Positions 1 to 10,478 of a DNA stretch of 64,000 nt are shown here, in pieces (position 1 is the stretch's first letter; each line of letters opens with the position of its first letter). The stretch covers positions 47,568 through 111,567 of the IMG/VR virus record IMGVR_UViG_3300050821_004356, one strand, 5' to 3'. Origin of the DNA: a virus. The notes beneath the pieces are model-generated. The model worked only from the letters and a program-made list of their open reading frames with translations, was not told the origin of the DNA and did no database searches. A program made the position numbers and the translations under genes.

Positions 1-833
1 ACCTCTGTTGGACGATAGTATTTCGGGTCTATCGCGACATATGGACGCCAGTTCATACCAAGATAACCGAAAGCTTCATCGAGAAAATCTCGCACCGAAT
101 GCGTCTCACCGGTGGCGATAACGAAGTCATCCGGAGTCTGTTGCTGCATCATCAAATACATCGCTTCGACGTAGTCCCCGGCGAACCCCCAGTCACGTTT
201 GGCATCCAAATTACCGAGAACAAGTTCGTTTTGAAGACAGCGCGATATGCGGACAGCTGCTTTAGCAATTTTTCGGGTCACGAATGTCTCGCCACGTCTC
301 GGGCTTTCATGATTAAAGAGAATTCCATTGCAAGCAAAGGTACCGTATGCCTCGCGGTGATTTATTACTGTCCAATAAGCGAACTGTTTAGCGATGGCGT
401 ATGGGCTACGAGGATGAAACGGGACGGTCTCATCAACAGCTGCCCCATAAATCCCACCGTATAATTCACTAGAGCTTGCTTGATAAAACTTAATGCCCTT
501 CCCTTTAATAGCCTCTAGGATATTAAGAGTTCCTATAGCAGTGGATTCGGCCGTGTAAACCGGGATGTCGAACGAAACTCTAACATGCGATTGAGCGGCC
601 AAGTGGTAGATTTCATCCGGCTTTACTGTGTTGATGATATTCGTTGTCGAACTGCCATCAGTAACATCCCCATAATGCAAGTATAGGCGGTCGAATATGT
701 GATCGATGCGCTCGGTATTAATGCTGCTCGACCGGCGGATGATACCATGCACATCGTAGCCTTTTGACAGTAATAGCTCGGCGAGGTACGATCCATCCTG
801 ACCTGTAATGCCAGTGATAAGAGCTCTCTTCAT
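1..833 (-). CDS. gmd: GDP-mannose 4,6-dehydratase (3' end outside the window; missing from the ORF track)
   Basis: Reverse complement from ATG 833 reads [54 protein letters not shown]; ATGA overlap with the upstream gene. Confidence 0.95.
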   Translation of the reverse strand, partial: MKRALITGITGQDGSYLAELLLSKGYDVHGIIRRSSSINTERIDHIFDRLYLHYGDVTDGSSTTNIINTVKPDEIYHLAAQSHVRVSFDIPVYTAESTAIGTLNILEAIKGKGIKFYQASSSELYGGIYGAAVDETVPFHPRSPYAIAKQFAYWTVINHREAYGTFACNGILFNHESPRRGETFVTRKIAKAAVRISRCLQNELVLGNLDAKRDWGFAGDYVEAMYLMMQQQTPDDFVIATGETHSVRDFLDEAFGYLGMNWRPYVAIDPKYYRPTE

Positions 834-1624
834 AAGCGCACCCACCTATCGGGTATCAAATCCTTGGTGTCTGTTCCATTAACAAACCACTTCCTGGGGA
901 ATACGCAAACACGACCTGGGTAGGCTCCCGCCCAGTCATCACCTAACCACGCTCCCCACCAACTGAACGATGAATTTGCCCCGATGCCGTGACGGCAGCA
1001 AGACATCAGATACAAATCATCGTGCATTGACGATCCTCGAAAACTAGCTATTTCTAAATCCGGAAAGAGGAGCTTACAGTAGTCAGGGTCGTCGCTGAAT
1101 ACATAAAATTTAGGATTTTGAACTTTCTCTCGAACGTATTCAATCGCTCGTTGATAGTAATTCGTGTCCTCCAAATTGCCGTGAACCGCGCTTGTACTCG
1201 GGTTAGTGTAGTCCCCGCGCCTTACGTGGATAAAGACGCTTTCTTTTTCGGAGAGTGCGTTGCCGGTGCCAACTGTCAACGGACTAGGATCGGTTTTCAA
1301 TGTCAGTTCTGTACGTATAAAATACGAATAGTCCTGGAAGTACTTTTCGCTTTGCCAATAGCCACAAAGATACGCGTTAGACGGTTGACCTAATGCTTTG
1401 CCATCAAAATTAAACGATGCTTCGGTGTATAGACTAGTTGCACTAATCGGGTTGACAAGCGGGTTGACAAGCTCTTCGTTGACGTTGTATTTATCTAAGG
1501 CATAATCCCGGGTTGACCTCGCCCAATGAAACTGAACAGGCTCATTACGACGAAAAGACAACGCGCGGCCGAATGCGTACATGAACATCTGATTTCCTAA
1601 GCCGCCTGTCAATCGAACGATCAT
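830..1624 (-). CDS. alpha-1,2-fucosyltransferase (GT11)
   Basis: [28 protein letters not shown] and [11 protein letters not shown] motifs. Confidence 0.93.
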   Translation of the reverse strand: MIVRLTGGLGNQMFMYAFGRALSFRRNEPVQFHWARSTRDYALDKYNVNEELVNPLVNPISATSLYTEASFNFDGKALGQPSNAYLCGYWQSEKYFQDYSYFIRTELTLKTDPSPLTVGTGNALSEKESVFIHVRRGDYTNPSTSAVHGNLEDTNYYQRAIEYVREKVQNPKFYVFSDDPDYCKLLFPDLEIASFRGSSMHDDLYLMSCCRHGIGANSSFSWWGAWLGDDWAGAYPGRVCVFPRKWFVNGTDTKDLIPDRWVRL

Positions 1625-2334
1625 GCTACCAGTATCCCCTTCTTGAAAAGATTGTCAAAATCGCCACCGACCTCTGCGGTCATCTTCATATATTCCGGTT
1701 TGTACGGCATACTGACCTTTGGATAGTGTGATGTGCCTAAAACACCAGGTGTAAAATTTGTAGCCTTGAGCATGTGACTATCGATCATCGGTGCAAGCGT
1801 TTGACCCGTCTGAAGGTCTTCGGCCCAAAAAGTTGGCGGTGTAGAACCAACAACGTCGGCTGCCCTCCGACTTAAGAAATAGCCCCAACCGCCTGATGCC
1901 CAAGCCCTGCACTCTGGGTAGCTACCGTACGCGTCGGTATACGAAAACGGCGCGCCGCCAGGTAGTTGATTGTTTTTAAACCAACCTGCGTAGTCGTACC
2001 ACTTAAAATCAGACATCAAAAATGCCCTCGCGTTGATATACGTATCTGTGTCGCAAAGGAAAACTCGCTCGAACGTCTTGCCCATAACCCATTGACATAT
2101 GCGCCTGGTCTTGATGGGCAGCGATTCGTAGTCATCCCGACAGTCGACGACCACTTCGTTTGAAACGTACCGACGGCAACGGCGGGTATCTTGCTGTGTC
2201 GGGTCAGTACCAACGAAGAAATAGGTCTCTACACCGAGCGCCTTAAGGTCGCGAGCCCAAGTGGACCTAATTGCGTCGTGGTAGCCCCTGTCGAGGTCCT
2301 TGTGGCAGGATTTTACGCAGACGGCTAAGTTCAT
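1621..2334 (-). CDS. GT-A fold glycosyltransferase (GT31/galactosyltransferase-like)
   Basis: IRSTW, DDYESLPIKT, DxD (CDTDTY), SGGWGYFLS and AED motifs. Confidence 0.75.
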   Translation of the reverse strand: MNLAVCVKSCHKDLDRGYHDAIRSTWARDLKALGVETYFFVGTDPTQQDTRRCRRYVSNEVVVDCRDDYESLPIKTRRICQWVMGKTFERVFLCDTDTYINARAFLMSDFKWYDYAGWFKNNQLPGGAPFSYTDAYGSYPECRAWASGGWGYFLSRRAADVVGSTPPTFWAEDLQTGQTLAPMIDSHMLKATNFTPGVLGTSHYPKVSMPYKPEYMKMTAEVGGDFDNLFKKGILVA

Positions 2335-3374
2335 CCTTGTCTCGATCTTGTGACGGCATCCATCGGCAATATGCTAGTTGCATCATAGATTGTTTTTCTA
2401 AACGCGTCGTTTGCTGCTTTTTCTACTTGCTTCTGACTTTCAAATAGAATGTCGTTTGCCAATTTCTGCATGTATGACGGACGACCTATAATCTGATCGA
2501 CCAAGTCTCTACCTTCCTGCAAAGGTAATTGAAAACCGGCCGCATGAAGATGTCCACCCCCGTTCCTACGTTTAGCAATCGCTGAAACATCGATATCGCC
2601 AACCGAGCGCAACGAAAATTGAATCACGCCGTCACCACGTTCGAACCAAGTGATCCCGACCTGCGATTCGTTCGCTAGTTCGTGTCCGATTTCAGAACAA
2701 CTAATGTACTGAGCGTTTGCGATGCCTGCGGTCAGGCCGTCGATTGTGCCAGGCTGTCGATTCTTGACGACGTTGCCAACATAGTATTCGATTTGACGAA
2801 GAGCACCGGAGCCATACGTTACTGCCTCTTCGATATTAATATTTGCTAGTGCGTCCCACGCTTCTACGGTATAGGGCTGGGTCATCAAATAGGCCGCAAC
2901 CTCTTTTGCATTTGGTAGTGCGTTGCGCCATAAGTCGCGATCTTCGACGTAGTTCACCCACCACGGACGCTGGTGAGATGTGTTGGTCCAGCGGACACCA
3001 TTCAATTCATAAGGCTCTGCTTGATTGCGGTCTTTGCCGAATAGGTAGTCCCACGCCAACCCTGCGCCTGATCTATTCATGTCGAACGTGGCGTAAGACA
3101 CACCAGCCAGGTTTGCTTGAGCGGTCAGGTGATGATCCAAAATTCTAAAAGACTTTGCGACAGACGCGAGATTATCATTCTCTAACCTCGTCCTGAAACT
3201 AAAGTCTGTCATCAATACGTCTTTGCCTCGAAGAGACTGAATCAAGGTGTCAATATATTCGGCCGATTTGCCGTGGTCGAGGAAAATCATCTCGGCCTCG
3301 GGGTACTTCTTTTTGGCGATGTAGGCGGCCGCGAAACCGTCGGGACAGCTTGCATGAGAAAGTATAACGTCCAT
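2331..3374 (-). CDS. DHH/DHHA1 phosphoesterase (NrnB-like)
   Basis: CPDG, TDF, LDHH, EDRDLW, FSLRS and GGGH..AAG motifs. Confidence 0.9.
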   Translation of the reverse strand: MDVILSHASCPDGFAAAYIAKKKYPEAEMIFLDHGKSAEYIDTLIQSLRGKDVLMTDFSFRTRLENDNLASVAKSFRILDHHLTAQANLAGVSYATFDMNRSGAGLAWDYLFGKDRNQAEPYELNGVRWTNTSHQRPWWVNYVEDRDLWRNALPNAKEVAAYLMTQPYTVEAWDALANINIEEAVTYGSGALRQIEYYVGNVVKNRQPGTIDGLTAGIANAQYISCSEIGHELANESQVGITWFERGDGVIQFSLRSVGDIDVSAIAKRRNGGGHLHAAGFQLPLQEGRDLVDQIIGRPSYMQKLANDILFESQKQVEKAANDAFRKTIYDATSILPMDAVTRSRQG

Positions 3375-3664
3375 TATTTTATAGCCTCCACATTTTCAAT
3401 GCGCCTTATTCTCATTGTAGAATCTGGCGGCAACACAACTCTAAACTTGATAAAACTAGAATCAGGGCAGTCGCAAACGTCTACCACCAAAATCTGTACA
3501 CCGTCACAGCAAGGGCAGTTCGCAATCAGGGATCGACTATTCCTAGGACCATCTTCGCGCATGCCGCCGCAAATGCAATCCCTCCAATCTTTAGTCGGCT
3601 GCGTATAGTTCTCAGGCTTAGCAAATAGATGTGTATGCTTTCCGATTAAATCTTCGTGTCCCAT
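3374..3664 (-). CDS. hypothetical Cys-rich protein
   Basis: Translationally coupled ORF in the operon. Confidence 0.55.
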   Translation of the reverse strand: MGHEDLIGKHTHLFAKPENYTQPTKDWRDCICGGMREDGPRNSRSLIANCPCCDGVQILVVDVCDCPDSSFIKFRVVLPPDSTMRIRRIENVEAIK

Positions 3665-3838
3665 TGTTTACCCCTTAAGGTTCAAAATAAAATTTTTATC
3701 GAAAAACAGTGCCGGAACGCTTCCGAGTTCGGAATGATTAATAGGTTCCGGTTTATAGGGACAAAACCAATCGTGCAATTTTATCAAGCTTAGTCCAATC
3801 AGCTTACCCAAACCTATCGCAGCTGTAACAGAGAGCAT

Positions 3839-4249
3839 TTAGAATTTCTTCCCGTTCTTTTTCTTTCGCTCTTTATCAGAGTGATCGGCGCGAGTAGCAT
3901 TGTACGCCATTTTCTCAACGTACGCGCCACCCAGGTCGTAGCCGTGACCAGTCGCGTAATCTAGAATACGGATGAACGCGTCTGCTAATTCTACTTCTGC
4001 CATCTTTCTATGTGGCAATTTGTCATCCATCAAATCCTTGCGCTCGCCTTCCATCGCTTCAGCGATCTCACTGACGATGAGCATCAATTGTTCGCCACGG
4101 TTGCGCTTAATACGTTTGCCTGTTTTAAGACTAATCCACCACTTCCGATTGGCTGTATGTACCTCTGACCCTATCTTATTAATAAAATAGTGTGCGTTAC
4201 CTTTGAATATTGCATCTAGGCATGTATCGTGATGTAGCTCTTTAGGCAT
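3839..4249 (-). CDS. MazG-like NTP pyrophosphohydrolase
   Basis: SEIAEAMEG...EVELADAFIRILD...KMAYN. Confidence 0.85.
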   Translation of the reverse strand: MPKELHHDTCLDAIFKGNAHYFINKIGSEVHTANRKWWISLKTGKRIKRNRGEQLMLIVSEIAEAMEGERKDLMDDKLPHRKMAEVELADAFIRILDYATGHGYDLGGAYVEKMAYNATRADHSDKERKKKNGKKF

Positions 4250-4796
4250 TTTTTACCTCTTCCGTATCACCTACGGCCTTTGTCTTAGGCAACGGAAAGC
4301 CTTTTCTTTTTGAGCATTTATCCGCAAAAGTTTTATTCAAACCCAAAATTTCGGCTGCCAATTCGCGCGCGTCTTTCAAGTCTTCCTGCGTGTACTCGTC
4401 CGGGATCAGTTTACGAACCAACTCGATGAATTGCAGCTTACGCTTGCTCGGGTGCGGATTCTTACGTTTCTTAGCGAAGTAGGCAGCGCCAACGATTGAC
4501 TTCGGTGTACCATTTTGCCCAGGCAGCGGAACTATCGCGTATTGAATAGAAAATTCACCGGTCTCAACGTCTTCGTCGATCCATAGCTGCTTGAATTTCT
4601 GTTCGCACTTTTGGCTAGAGCGGTGACGGGAGCGGCACACTTGGCACTTAATCATTTTTCCGAGCTCAGGGTGTCGTTCGCTATAGCTACGAAGTCGTAT
4701 AGCAGCGAGCGCGGCATCAGCTGCCAGGATAGCTTCGACACTAGCTTTAAAATCGAATTCTTCGACGACGTCTTGAACTTCAGGATTTTCGTTCAC
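4242..4796 (-). CDS. hypothetical protein with CxxC/H motif
   Basis: Overlaps or abuts its neighbours in the operon. Confidence 0.6.
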   Translation of the reverse strand: MNENPEVQDVVEEFDFKASVEAILAADAALAAIRLRSYSERHPELGKMIKCQVCRSRHRSSQKCEQKFKQLWIDEDVETGEFSIQYAIVPLPGQNGTPKSIVGAAYFAKKRKNPHPSKRKLQFIELVRKLIPDEYTQEDLKDARELAAEILGLNKTFADKCSKRKGFPLPKTKAVGDTEEVKNA

Positions 4797-5225
4797 TTAG
4801 GTGCCCCTTTTTCTTCTCTGATGAGGACAATAGCCGTAGTGTCCTTTAGAAAAATTACAGTTCATACAAAGAACCAGTAGTCCCAGATTCTTAGGAAAAT
4901 TTAGTTTTTTAAGCCACCGATAAATACCGGCGGCTCCACCCGGTATAGACGCTCTGTGCCTTTGCCCGTCTCCCCGAGAGTGTTCCAGTGTAAGAAACTC
5001 AATATCCCGAGCTCTACAACAAACACAAACTCCACCATAAGTGTTTATAACGAGTCGTTTAAGTTTTCGCCGCCCTTTTCTACCTTTCTCTCCGCATCGC
5101 CTGCACAATGACGCGCGTTTAGCAGAAATTTTTCTTATGCCGCACTCACCACACAGACCTAGTCTTTTCATCTTACGACGGTGCTTGGCGCTATACAGCT
5201 TTTGATTCGGGTCGCCCCGACTCAT
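4797..5225 (-). CDS. HNH-type endonuclease
   Basis: YGGVCVCC, LTLEH..GDG, LCMNCN. Confidence 0.75.
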   Translation of the reverse strand: MSRGDPNQKLYSAKHRRKMKRLGLCGECGIRKISAKRASLCRRCGEKGRKGRRKLKRLVINTYGGVCVCCRARDIEFLTLEHSRGDGQRHRASIPGGAAGIYRWLKKLNFPKNLGLLVLCMNCNFSKGHYGYCPHQRRKRGT

Positions 5226-5911
5226 ATCGTACGGCCGTAATCAAATCTTCGACCTTCGACTTTCCAATACCAACTTTTGTTCTTAGTGCCGTCCGAGAAC
5301 GTAATCGACCCAGGTGGATAACTTTTTACTTCGTCTTTGGGTTCGGAAAGTCCAGGCGTTAAAACCTCTCCTGTTTTTTCGGTTCTTAGCCGAGCACCCA
5401 TTAAACATCTGTTCAAGGGGCCAAACCACGCCAGCGACTCTTGGATCATGACTTCGTATTCCTTTATGCGTTCTACAGCATATTTGAGATCGTCCACGAA
5501 GGCGCGTATGATGTGTTTTTTTTCTATCGTCGCTACGCGAGGCGTTTTGGCCCGCGTGTTCCTCCGATACTTCTTATTCTTCACGTCTACTGACATCTGA
5601 CTCATTAAAACGATGTCATTATTGTACGTTTCTATTTCTCTTAGACCATTGACTTTGCCTGAACCGGCGCACAACGCGCAGTTCTTTTTCTCGACGTCCG
5701 TCATAGCTTCGCAAAAGGAACAATCTTCGATCACTTCTACCGGCGTGCGCTTGACTACAACCCATTTGGCCTGATTCGTCTTAATCAGTTCGTTGGCGTA
5801 CGCATATTCGACCATCTTCTTACAACGGCACTTCGGGGCTGGCGGGGCCGATTCGCCCGTTGCGACCATCTCTTGCCCTAAACAGCCTTGGTGCATCTTC
5901 ACTTTCTTCAT
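5222..5911 (-). CDS. hypothetical Zn-finger protein
   Basis: CxC, CxxC and CxxCxGxG motifs. Confidence 0.6.
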   Translation of the reverse strand: MKKVKMHQGCLGQEMVATGESAPPAPKCRCKKMVEYAYANELIKTNQAKWVVVKRTPVEVIEDCSFCEAMTDVEKKNCALCAGSGKVNGLREIETYNNDIVLMSQMSVDVKNKKYRRNTRAKTPRVATIEKKHIIRAFVDDLKYAVERIKEYEVMIQESLAWFGPLNRCLMGARLRTEKTGEVLTPGLSEPKDEVKSYPPGSITFSDGTKNKSWYWKVEGRRFDYGRTI

Positions 5912-5914
5912 TTT

Positions 5915-6322
5915 TTATGGGGTCCGACTGCTTACTTTCCTTTGGAGGGGTGTTTTAGGGGCATAACCCCGGGTTCTGGTGCCAGAGCCGTCGGCTCTTT
6001 TGCCTTTTGAAGCTCTATAAATGCTTCTAATCACACCTTTTATTCTCTCTTCTGTGCTCCCTAGCTCTTCTGCTATTTGCGACCGAGTATACCCCATTCT
6101 AAAGTAAAGATGTATAACAGTAGCCCAGCGTCCAGCTGCCTCCCGTTGATTATCATTACTAGCTAGCTTAGGAAATGATTGCAAGAGCAACCCTCGAATA
6201 AACTTGTCGTCCTTCGTCCAACCCGGCGCAGTACGTTTATAAGTACGAGCGCCCACTGTTTGGTGTCCACCGTTTAAAAAAGATTCATTCCTATCTAATG
6301 ATCGCCTCAATTGAGAATTCAT
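5915..6322 (-). CDS. sigma-70 region 4-like HTH protein
   Basis: VIHLYFRMGYTRSQIAEELGSTEERIK. Confidence 0.65.
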   Translation of the reverse strand: MNSQLRRSLDRNESFLNGGHQTVGARTYKRTAPGWTKDDKFIRGLLLQSFPKLASNDNQREAAGRWATVIHLYFRMGYTRSQIAEELGSTEERIKGVIRSIYRASKGKRADGSGTRTRGYAPKTPLQRKVSSRTP

Positions 6323-6633
6323 AGACCTGACCTTAATATTTTGAGAATCTCTTCTTTGTTCTCATGGCCTTTTAAATCCTTTGCCGCGTTTTTCAACTTG
6401 GTTTCTTTTGCTTTACTAGCATAGAGAGGAGCGCGCGGTAGCTTTTTACGACTTGAATATCCGCCTCTCCAGTAAACGATAGGGTCTGTTCCTCTATTGC
6501 CAGATTGACTGGTTCCGTCGAGCCCACTTCGCCCTGGTAGGTTTTCTTCAAACTGCTGCTCTTGAAAAAACACGTCTTGTGGTGCCGGTGGGCAAATCGT
6601 TATCTTTATATTCTTACTCATCTGCTCCTCCAT
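6319..6633 (-). CDS. hypothetical protein
   Basis: Coupled ORF; start probably the second ATG (MSKN). Confidence 0.55.
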   Translation of the reverse strand: MEEQMSKNIKITICPPAPQDVFFQEQQFEENLPGRSGLDGTSQSGNRGTDPIVYWRGGYSSRKKLPRAPLYASKAKETKLKNAAKDLKGHENKEEILKILRSGL

Positions 6634-7819
6634 CGTCCTCTTTGAAAAGGTCGTCCAAACTACTGTCGTCGGATTTCGTGAAATTCTGCTGTTTGAACAT
6701 TTCGTCTTTCAACACGAAGGCTCTAAAATACGGATCGGCGCTATCGTCGTGGGGATATCTGACTGAGTACTTGTTCGGATAAGACTTCCTGTGCCAAGCG
6801 TTCACGATATTAATAATCTGCTGACCGGCTATTTCTCCTGCGTCATCTGCGCTTTCCTTTGTAACAAATCCAGCGTTGAATTGCAAGCGTTGTTTTGTTA
6901 AAACGTCTACCGAGACTCGGGCTCCGAATTGTGCCAACCACGCGTCTCTGCGTTCCTTGGCCACTTTAGTTTGGTCGGTCTTACCGTCTGCCTTCTTACC
7001 TTGTGCTCGCTCCATATCTTCAATTAACGAATCGTTAGCAACAAGAATAGCGTGGTCTTCGTCCATTTGAGCTATGACTGCCTCTTGTCCTGCTTTGAAG
7101 ATACCAGCGTCTTCCAAGAGTGTAACCGAATAACCTTTTTGAAGAGTATGGGCCTTCTTGACGAAAGTCAAAAGTGCGACGTCTCGGATACCGGTTTGCC
7201 AGCTGTAGCGTCGAAGCTGGGTATCATAAGCGGCGATGCCGTACGCTTCCGGAAAGTCCACACCAGATGTTTTGATATCAATAATTATTGGGCGTAGTGG
7301 GCCGTATTCTGGTTTCCAAATCAATTTAGGCAATAGTGGATGGTTCGGATCGACGTATGAGACAATGTCGAGTTTTCCCATATCTGTAATCTCACCATAA
7401 AGTGGGTCGCCTGGGAACACCTCTTTTTCAAATTCTTTTTGAAACAGCGTGGCACCGCCTAGAGGAATCGGCAACTCAGGCTGACGGATGATGTAGAGCT
7501 TAATCATCTCGATGCCAGTCTTGTACAGCGTGGGCCAATCTTTTTCAACTTTCGTATATTGAAGTTCTTTATTGGGCGCGTGAACCTGCCACTTCTCTAT
7601 AAAGTGTTGAACCGCGCCTGTGCCGTCGTGTTCGTGATGCCATTGCACGGCCTCTTCGATGGCCTTACCAAACTCGAATCTGGCGCGGTTGTTCTTTTCA
7701 CGCCAACCCTCGATTTTTTGAAGATAATATCCATATGGCGACCTGTCGTAGGTGTTGCCCGCGCTGTAACTGTGACGTCTCCACGGTTGGCCTTTAGCAT
7801 TGATATAGAGAAAAGCCAT
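6614..7819 (-). CDS. PD-(D/E)XK exonuclease (AddB/Cas4-like recombination nuclease)
   Basis: HSYS, FGKAI, GKLD, IIDIKTS and QLRRY motifs. Confidence 0.8.
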   Translation of the reverse strand: MAFLYINAKGQPWRRHSYSAGNTYDRSPYGYYLQKIEGWREKNNRARFEFGKAIEEAVQWHHEHDGTGAVQHFIEKWQVHAPNKELQYTKVEKDWPTLYKTGIEMIKLYIIRQPELPIPLGGATLFQKEFEKEVFPGDPLYGEITDMGKLDIVSYVDPNHPLLPKLIWKPEYGPLRPIIIDIKTSGVDFPEAYGIAAYDTQLRRYSWQTGIRDVALLTFVKKAHTLQKGYSVTLLEDAGIFKAGQEAVIAQMDEDHAILVANDSLIEDMERAQGKKADGKTDQTKVAKERRDAWLAQFGARVSVDVLTKQRLQFNAGFVTKESADDAGEIAGQQIINIVNAWHRKSYPNKYSVRYPHDDSADPYFRAFVLKDEMFKQQNFTKSDDSSLDDLFKEDDGGADE

Positions 7820-8091
7820 CAGCTGTTCCTCGGGTCAGTGAAAGTGAAGCGGCCATCGATTCTGTTTTCCTCGTAGTTGTGGCCTTCGTAATAGATTTCA
7901 TCATAACCATCGGCATCGGCGTCGTCAAAGTCAGCTTGTAGCCACCGCTCGAATTCGCCTTCCATTCCAACCTCTACGAAGTAGTCGTGCCCGCTATCGT
8001 CCGACTGAATCGAGTAGCGACGCTCCGCTGGCTTGGCTGGTCGTTGACCCGACCGGAGTCGAGTCCTGTTGCCCTTTTGCCCTATTCTCAT
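7819..8091 (-). CDS. hypothetical acidic protein
   Basis: Stop is coupled to the nuclease start; 5' end overlaps the helicase. Confidence 0.45.
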   Translation of the reverse strand: MRIGQKGNRTRLRSGQRPAKPAERRYSIQSDDSGHDYFVEVGMEGEFERWLQADFDDADADGYDEIYYEGHNYEENRIDGRFTFTDPRNS

Positions 8092-9709
8092 AATGTTTTA
8101 TCTCCCCTTGAAAATCATTTAAAAATTCGCTGCGTACCGTGTCAAAACTTATGTGCAAATTATCAGCTGCGCGCGAGCAAGCGACGAAGAAAATTCGCTT
8201 TTCTTCTAATATCTCGCCATCTTTGTGCGGCATCATACCTTGCTTACATCCGATTACGAAAACGTTCTTGTATTCTCTTCCCTTAGCTTGGTGGACTGTT
8301 GTCAAGGTCAAGGTCGGATTCTTGTCGCGATGTTCGTAGCTCGGGGACTTAGCTGCCTCGCAAGCGTACGTCAGTTTACGCAACCAGTCCAAAAATTCCT
8401 TCACGGTGCCACGGTTCGCAGATAGCTTGACGATATCAGCTAGGTTCTCGACGGGCGGCTTTTCGTTTGGCCCGCCGGTGTTTCGATATATGTGCGTCAA
8501 GTTGTTTACGCGCATCTGCTCTTCCATCACATCGTAAGCCTTGCGACCGGAGTCTTTGAACTTCTTGGTCAGTTCGAGTAGGTGCTTAACCTCGTCTTTC
8601 TGCCAAAGGTCTTTCTGACCTAGGATCATCGTTTTGATCCCGAGCGCCATAGCAGCTTTTTGAAAGGTGCGAAGCTGACGGTTTGTGCGAGCAATGATCG
8701 CGGTGTTGTTAAAATCTTTCGATTCGTTTATTTGATACAATACGTGGACAACCTCTTGGAGATCGTCATCATACTGAGTGAAGGACGGGTCTATTCCCCA
8801 CTCTCGCATTGACACCATATGGCTAGCAAGTCCGTTGTCGACAGGGATGATTTTTTTGAGGAAGGCCACGATAGCGCCTGTGCTGCGGTAATTGTTTCCG
8901 AGATATAACGTAGTAGCTCCGGGGAAATGGGTGGCAAAGTTAGTAAGGTTGCCAGCCACAGCACTGCGCCATTCGTAGATGAGTTGGTTTTCGTCTCCCA
9001 CCACGAATATATTCCCACCGTAGAGAAGTTGTAGCAGCCTGAACTGGACAACGTCGGTGTCTTGACATTCGTCCACGCATATGTACTTTCGTATATATCG
9101 AGATCGTACCTCATCGTTCGTCTCCAACAGCTTCACTGTTTCGTCCATCAAACTCGAAAAGTCCAGCCAGCCTTGTTCGCGACATTTCTTTTCATAGTCA
9201 CGGTAAGCAGCCGCGTAAAAGAACATGCTTCCCTTCTTAGTGGTGTCGCAATACGTGTCTTCTATCGCTTGCTCCGGACTGATATTAGATGCCTTCCACT
9301 CGGCTATCTTATCTCTCAACGAACGAAAAGATGTGATCGCTGGGTACATCTTCATCAAATCTCTGAGCAGCTGAAAGTCCTGGCCGTAACTCGGAAGCAC
9401 GAACTCGCCGACCTTGAACGGTAGATGCTGCTTTTCTTTCATAATGATATCTAGAGCCAGCGAGTGAAACGTCCTAAAGACTTTCTCCGCTCCAAATAGA
9501 CCGACTTTCTCGACCATATTTTTTGCTGCTTCGTTCGTAAAAGTTAAGTTCAAGATATCCGTTGATGGGATTCGATGTTTGGATATCATATCCAGGTATC
9601 GGCGAATCAAGACGGTAGTCTTGCCTGATCCCGGGCCTGCAATCGTAACTACGTTGCCGCTGATTGCGTCAGCGCAAGTCTGTTGGTCATTGTCTAGCGA
9701 ATGAATCAA
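7994..9709 (-). CDS. UvrD/Rep/PcrA SF1 helicase
   Basis: AGPGSGKT, LTFTN, VDECQD, VGDENQ.IYEWR, NYRS, HQAKGRE, VACSRA. Confidence 0.95.
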   Translation of the reverse strand: MIHSLDNDQQTCADAISGNVVTIAGPGSGKTTVLIRRYLDMISKHRIPSTDILNLTFTNEAAKNMVEKVGLFGAEKVFRTFHSLALDIIMKEKQHLPFKVGEFVLPSYGQDFQLLRDLMKMYPAITSFRSLRDKIAEWKASNISPEQAIEDTYCDTTKKGSMFFYAAAYRDYEKKCREQGWLDFSSLMDETVKLLETNDEVRSRYIRKYICVDECQDTDVVQFRLLQLLYGGNIFVVGDENQLIYEWRSAVAGNLTNFATHFPGATTLYLGNNYRSTGAIVAFLKKIIPVDNGLASHMVSMREWGIDPSFTQYDDDLQEVVHVLYQINESKDFNNTAIIARTNRQLRTFQKAAMALGIKTMILGQKDLWQKDEVKHLLELTKKFKDSGRKAYDVMEEQMRVNNLTHIYRNTGGPNEKPPVENLADIVKLSANRGTVKEFLDWLRKLTYACEAAKSPSYEHRDKNPTLTLTTVHQAKGREYKNVFVIGCKQGMMPHKDGEILEEKRIFFVACSRAADNLHISFDTVRSEFLNDFQGEIKHYENRAKGQQDSTPVGSTTSQASGASLLDSVGR

Positions 9710-9945
9710 TGTACTTCGCTCACTAGAGAATTAATAGACTGGCCCTTCGCGCGCTTCTCTTCGCACAACTTTACCAATGATTCGTATAGCTCAAGTTTAT
9801 GAGCGTCGGTACAATTACCGAAATTAACAACCATCGGCTCCGGATCGCCTGCGAACGCAAAGCCGCATATAACGACCTTGTGCCGGTTGGCTAAGCGTAA
9901 GAGCTCTTCTACTGCGGTGTGAACTAACTGTTGTTCTGGACTCAA
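9706..9945 (-). CDS. hypothetical protein
   Basis: Coupled ORF. Confidence 0.55.
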   Translation of the reverse strand: MSPEQQLVHTAVEELLRLANRHKVVICGFAFAGDPEPMVVNFGNCTDAHKLELYESLVKLCEEKRAKGQSINSLVSEVH

Positions 9946-10478
9946 TTTTGATCTCCTGCCTTTCTTACATACCGTACGTAGAAACGACGATTGTTTGCTT
10001 GTTCTTTAGCGGTAGCCCATTTACAATTCTCAGGTTCATAGTTGCCGTCAACATCCTTGCGCTCGATACTTAAACCTATAGGCTTCTCGCCCATGTCAGC
10101 CAGAAAGTTGTCAAACGAATCAATCCAGCGTTGACACATTGTAATCCCACGCCCGCCATAGTGTTGATAGCCGACATTTTTAGGATTAAAACACCTTGCT
10201 TTTATTGATACCCACGTAGTATAAGTACGAGTAGTTTGACTATTTTTAGCGTGCCCGTGTTTTGTAAGCCGCTCTTTATTTGATTTACTTGTTGCTTCAC
10301 TGCACAAACAACCGCAGCTTTTTGTGTGACCGTTTTGAACGTGGGACCGCAGTATCCGTTTCTCAGTTCCACACTCGCAACGAAACAGGTATAGCCACTG
10401 ATTACTGCTACTGCGAATTGCGTCTACTGGCATCAGCGTGAGCCGTCCGTATTTGTCTCCCGGACTCATATTAATCAT
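9942..10478 (-). CDS. HNH homing endonuclease
   Basis: CECG, SCGC, YGGRGITMCQRW, SIERKDVDGNYEPENCKWAT..Q.NNR. Confidence 0.9.
   Translation of the reverse strand: MINMSPGDKYGRLTLMPVDAIRSSSNQWLYLFRCECGTEKRILRSHVQNGHTKSCGCLCSEATSKSNKERLTKHGHAKNSQTTRTYTTWVSIKARCFNPKNVGYQHYGGRGITMCQRWIDSFDNFLADMGEKPIGLSIERKDVDGNYEPENCKWATAKEQANNRRFYVRYVRKAGDQN

Noticed and set aside
99-464. Plus-strand 121-aa ORF
   Set aside because: It is the antisense shadow of gmd, which is unambiguous on the minus strand
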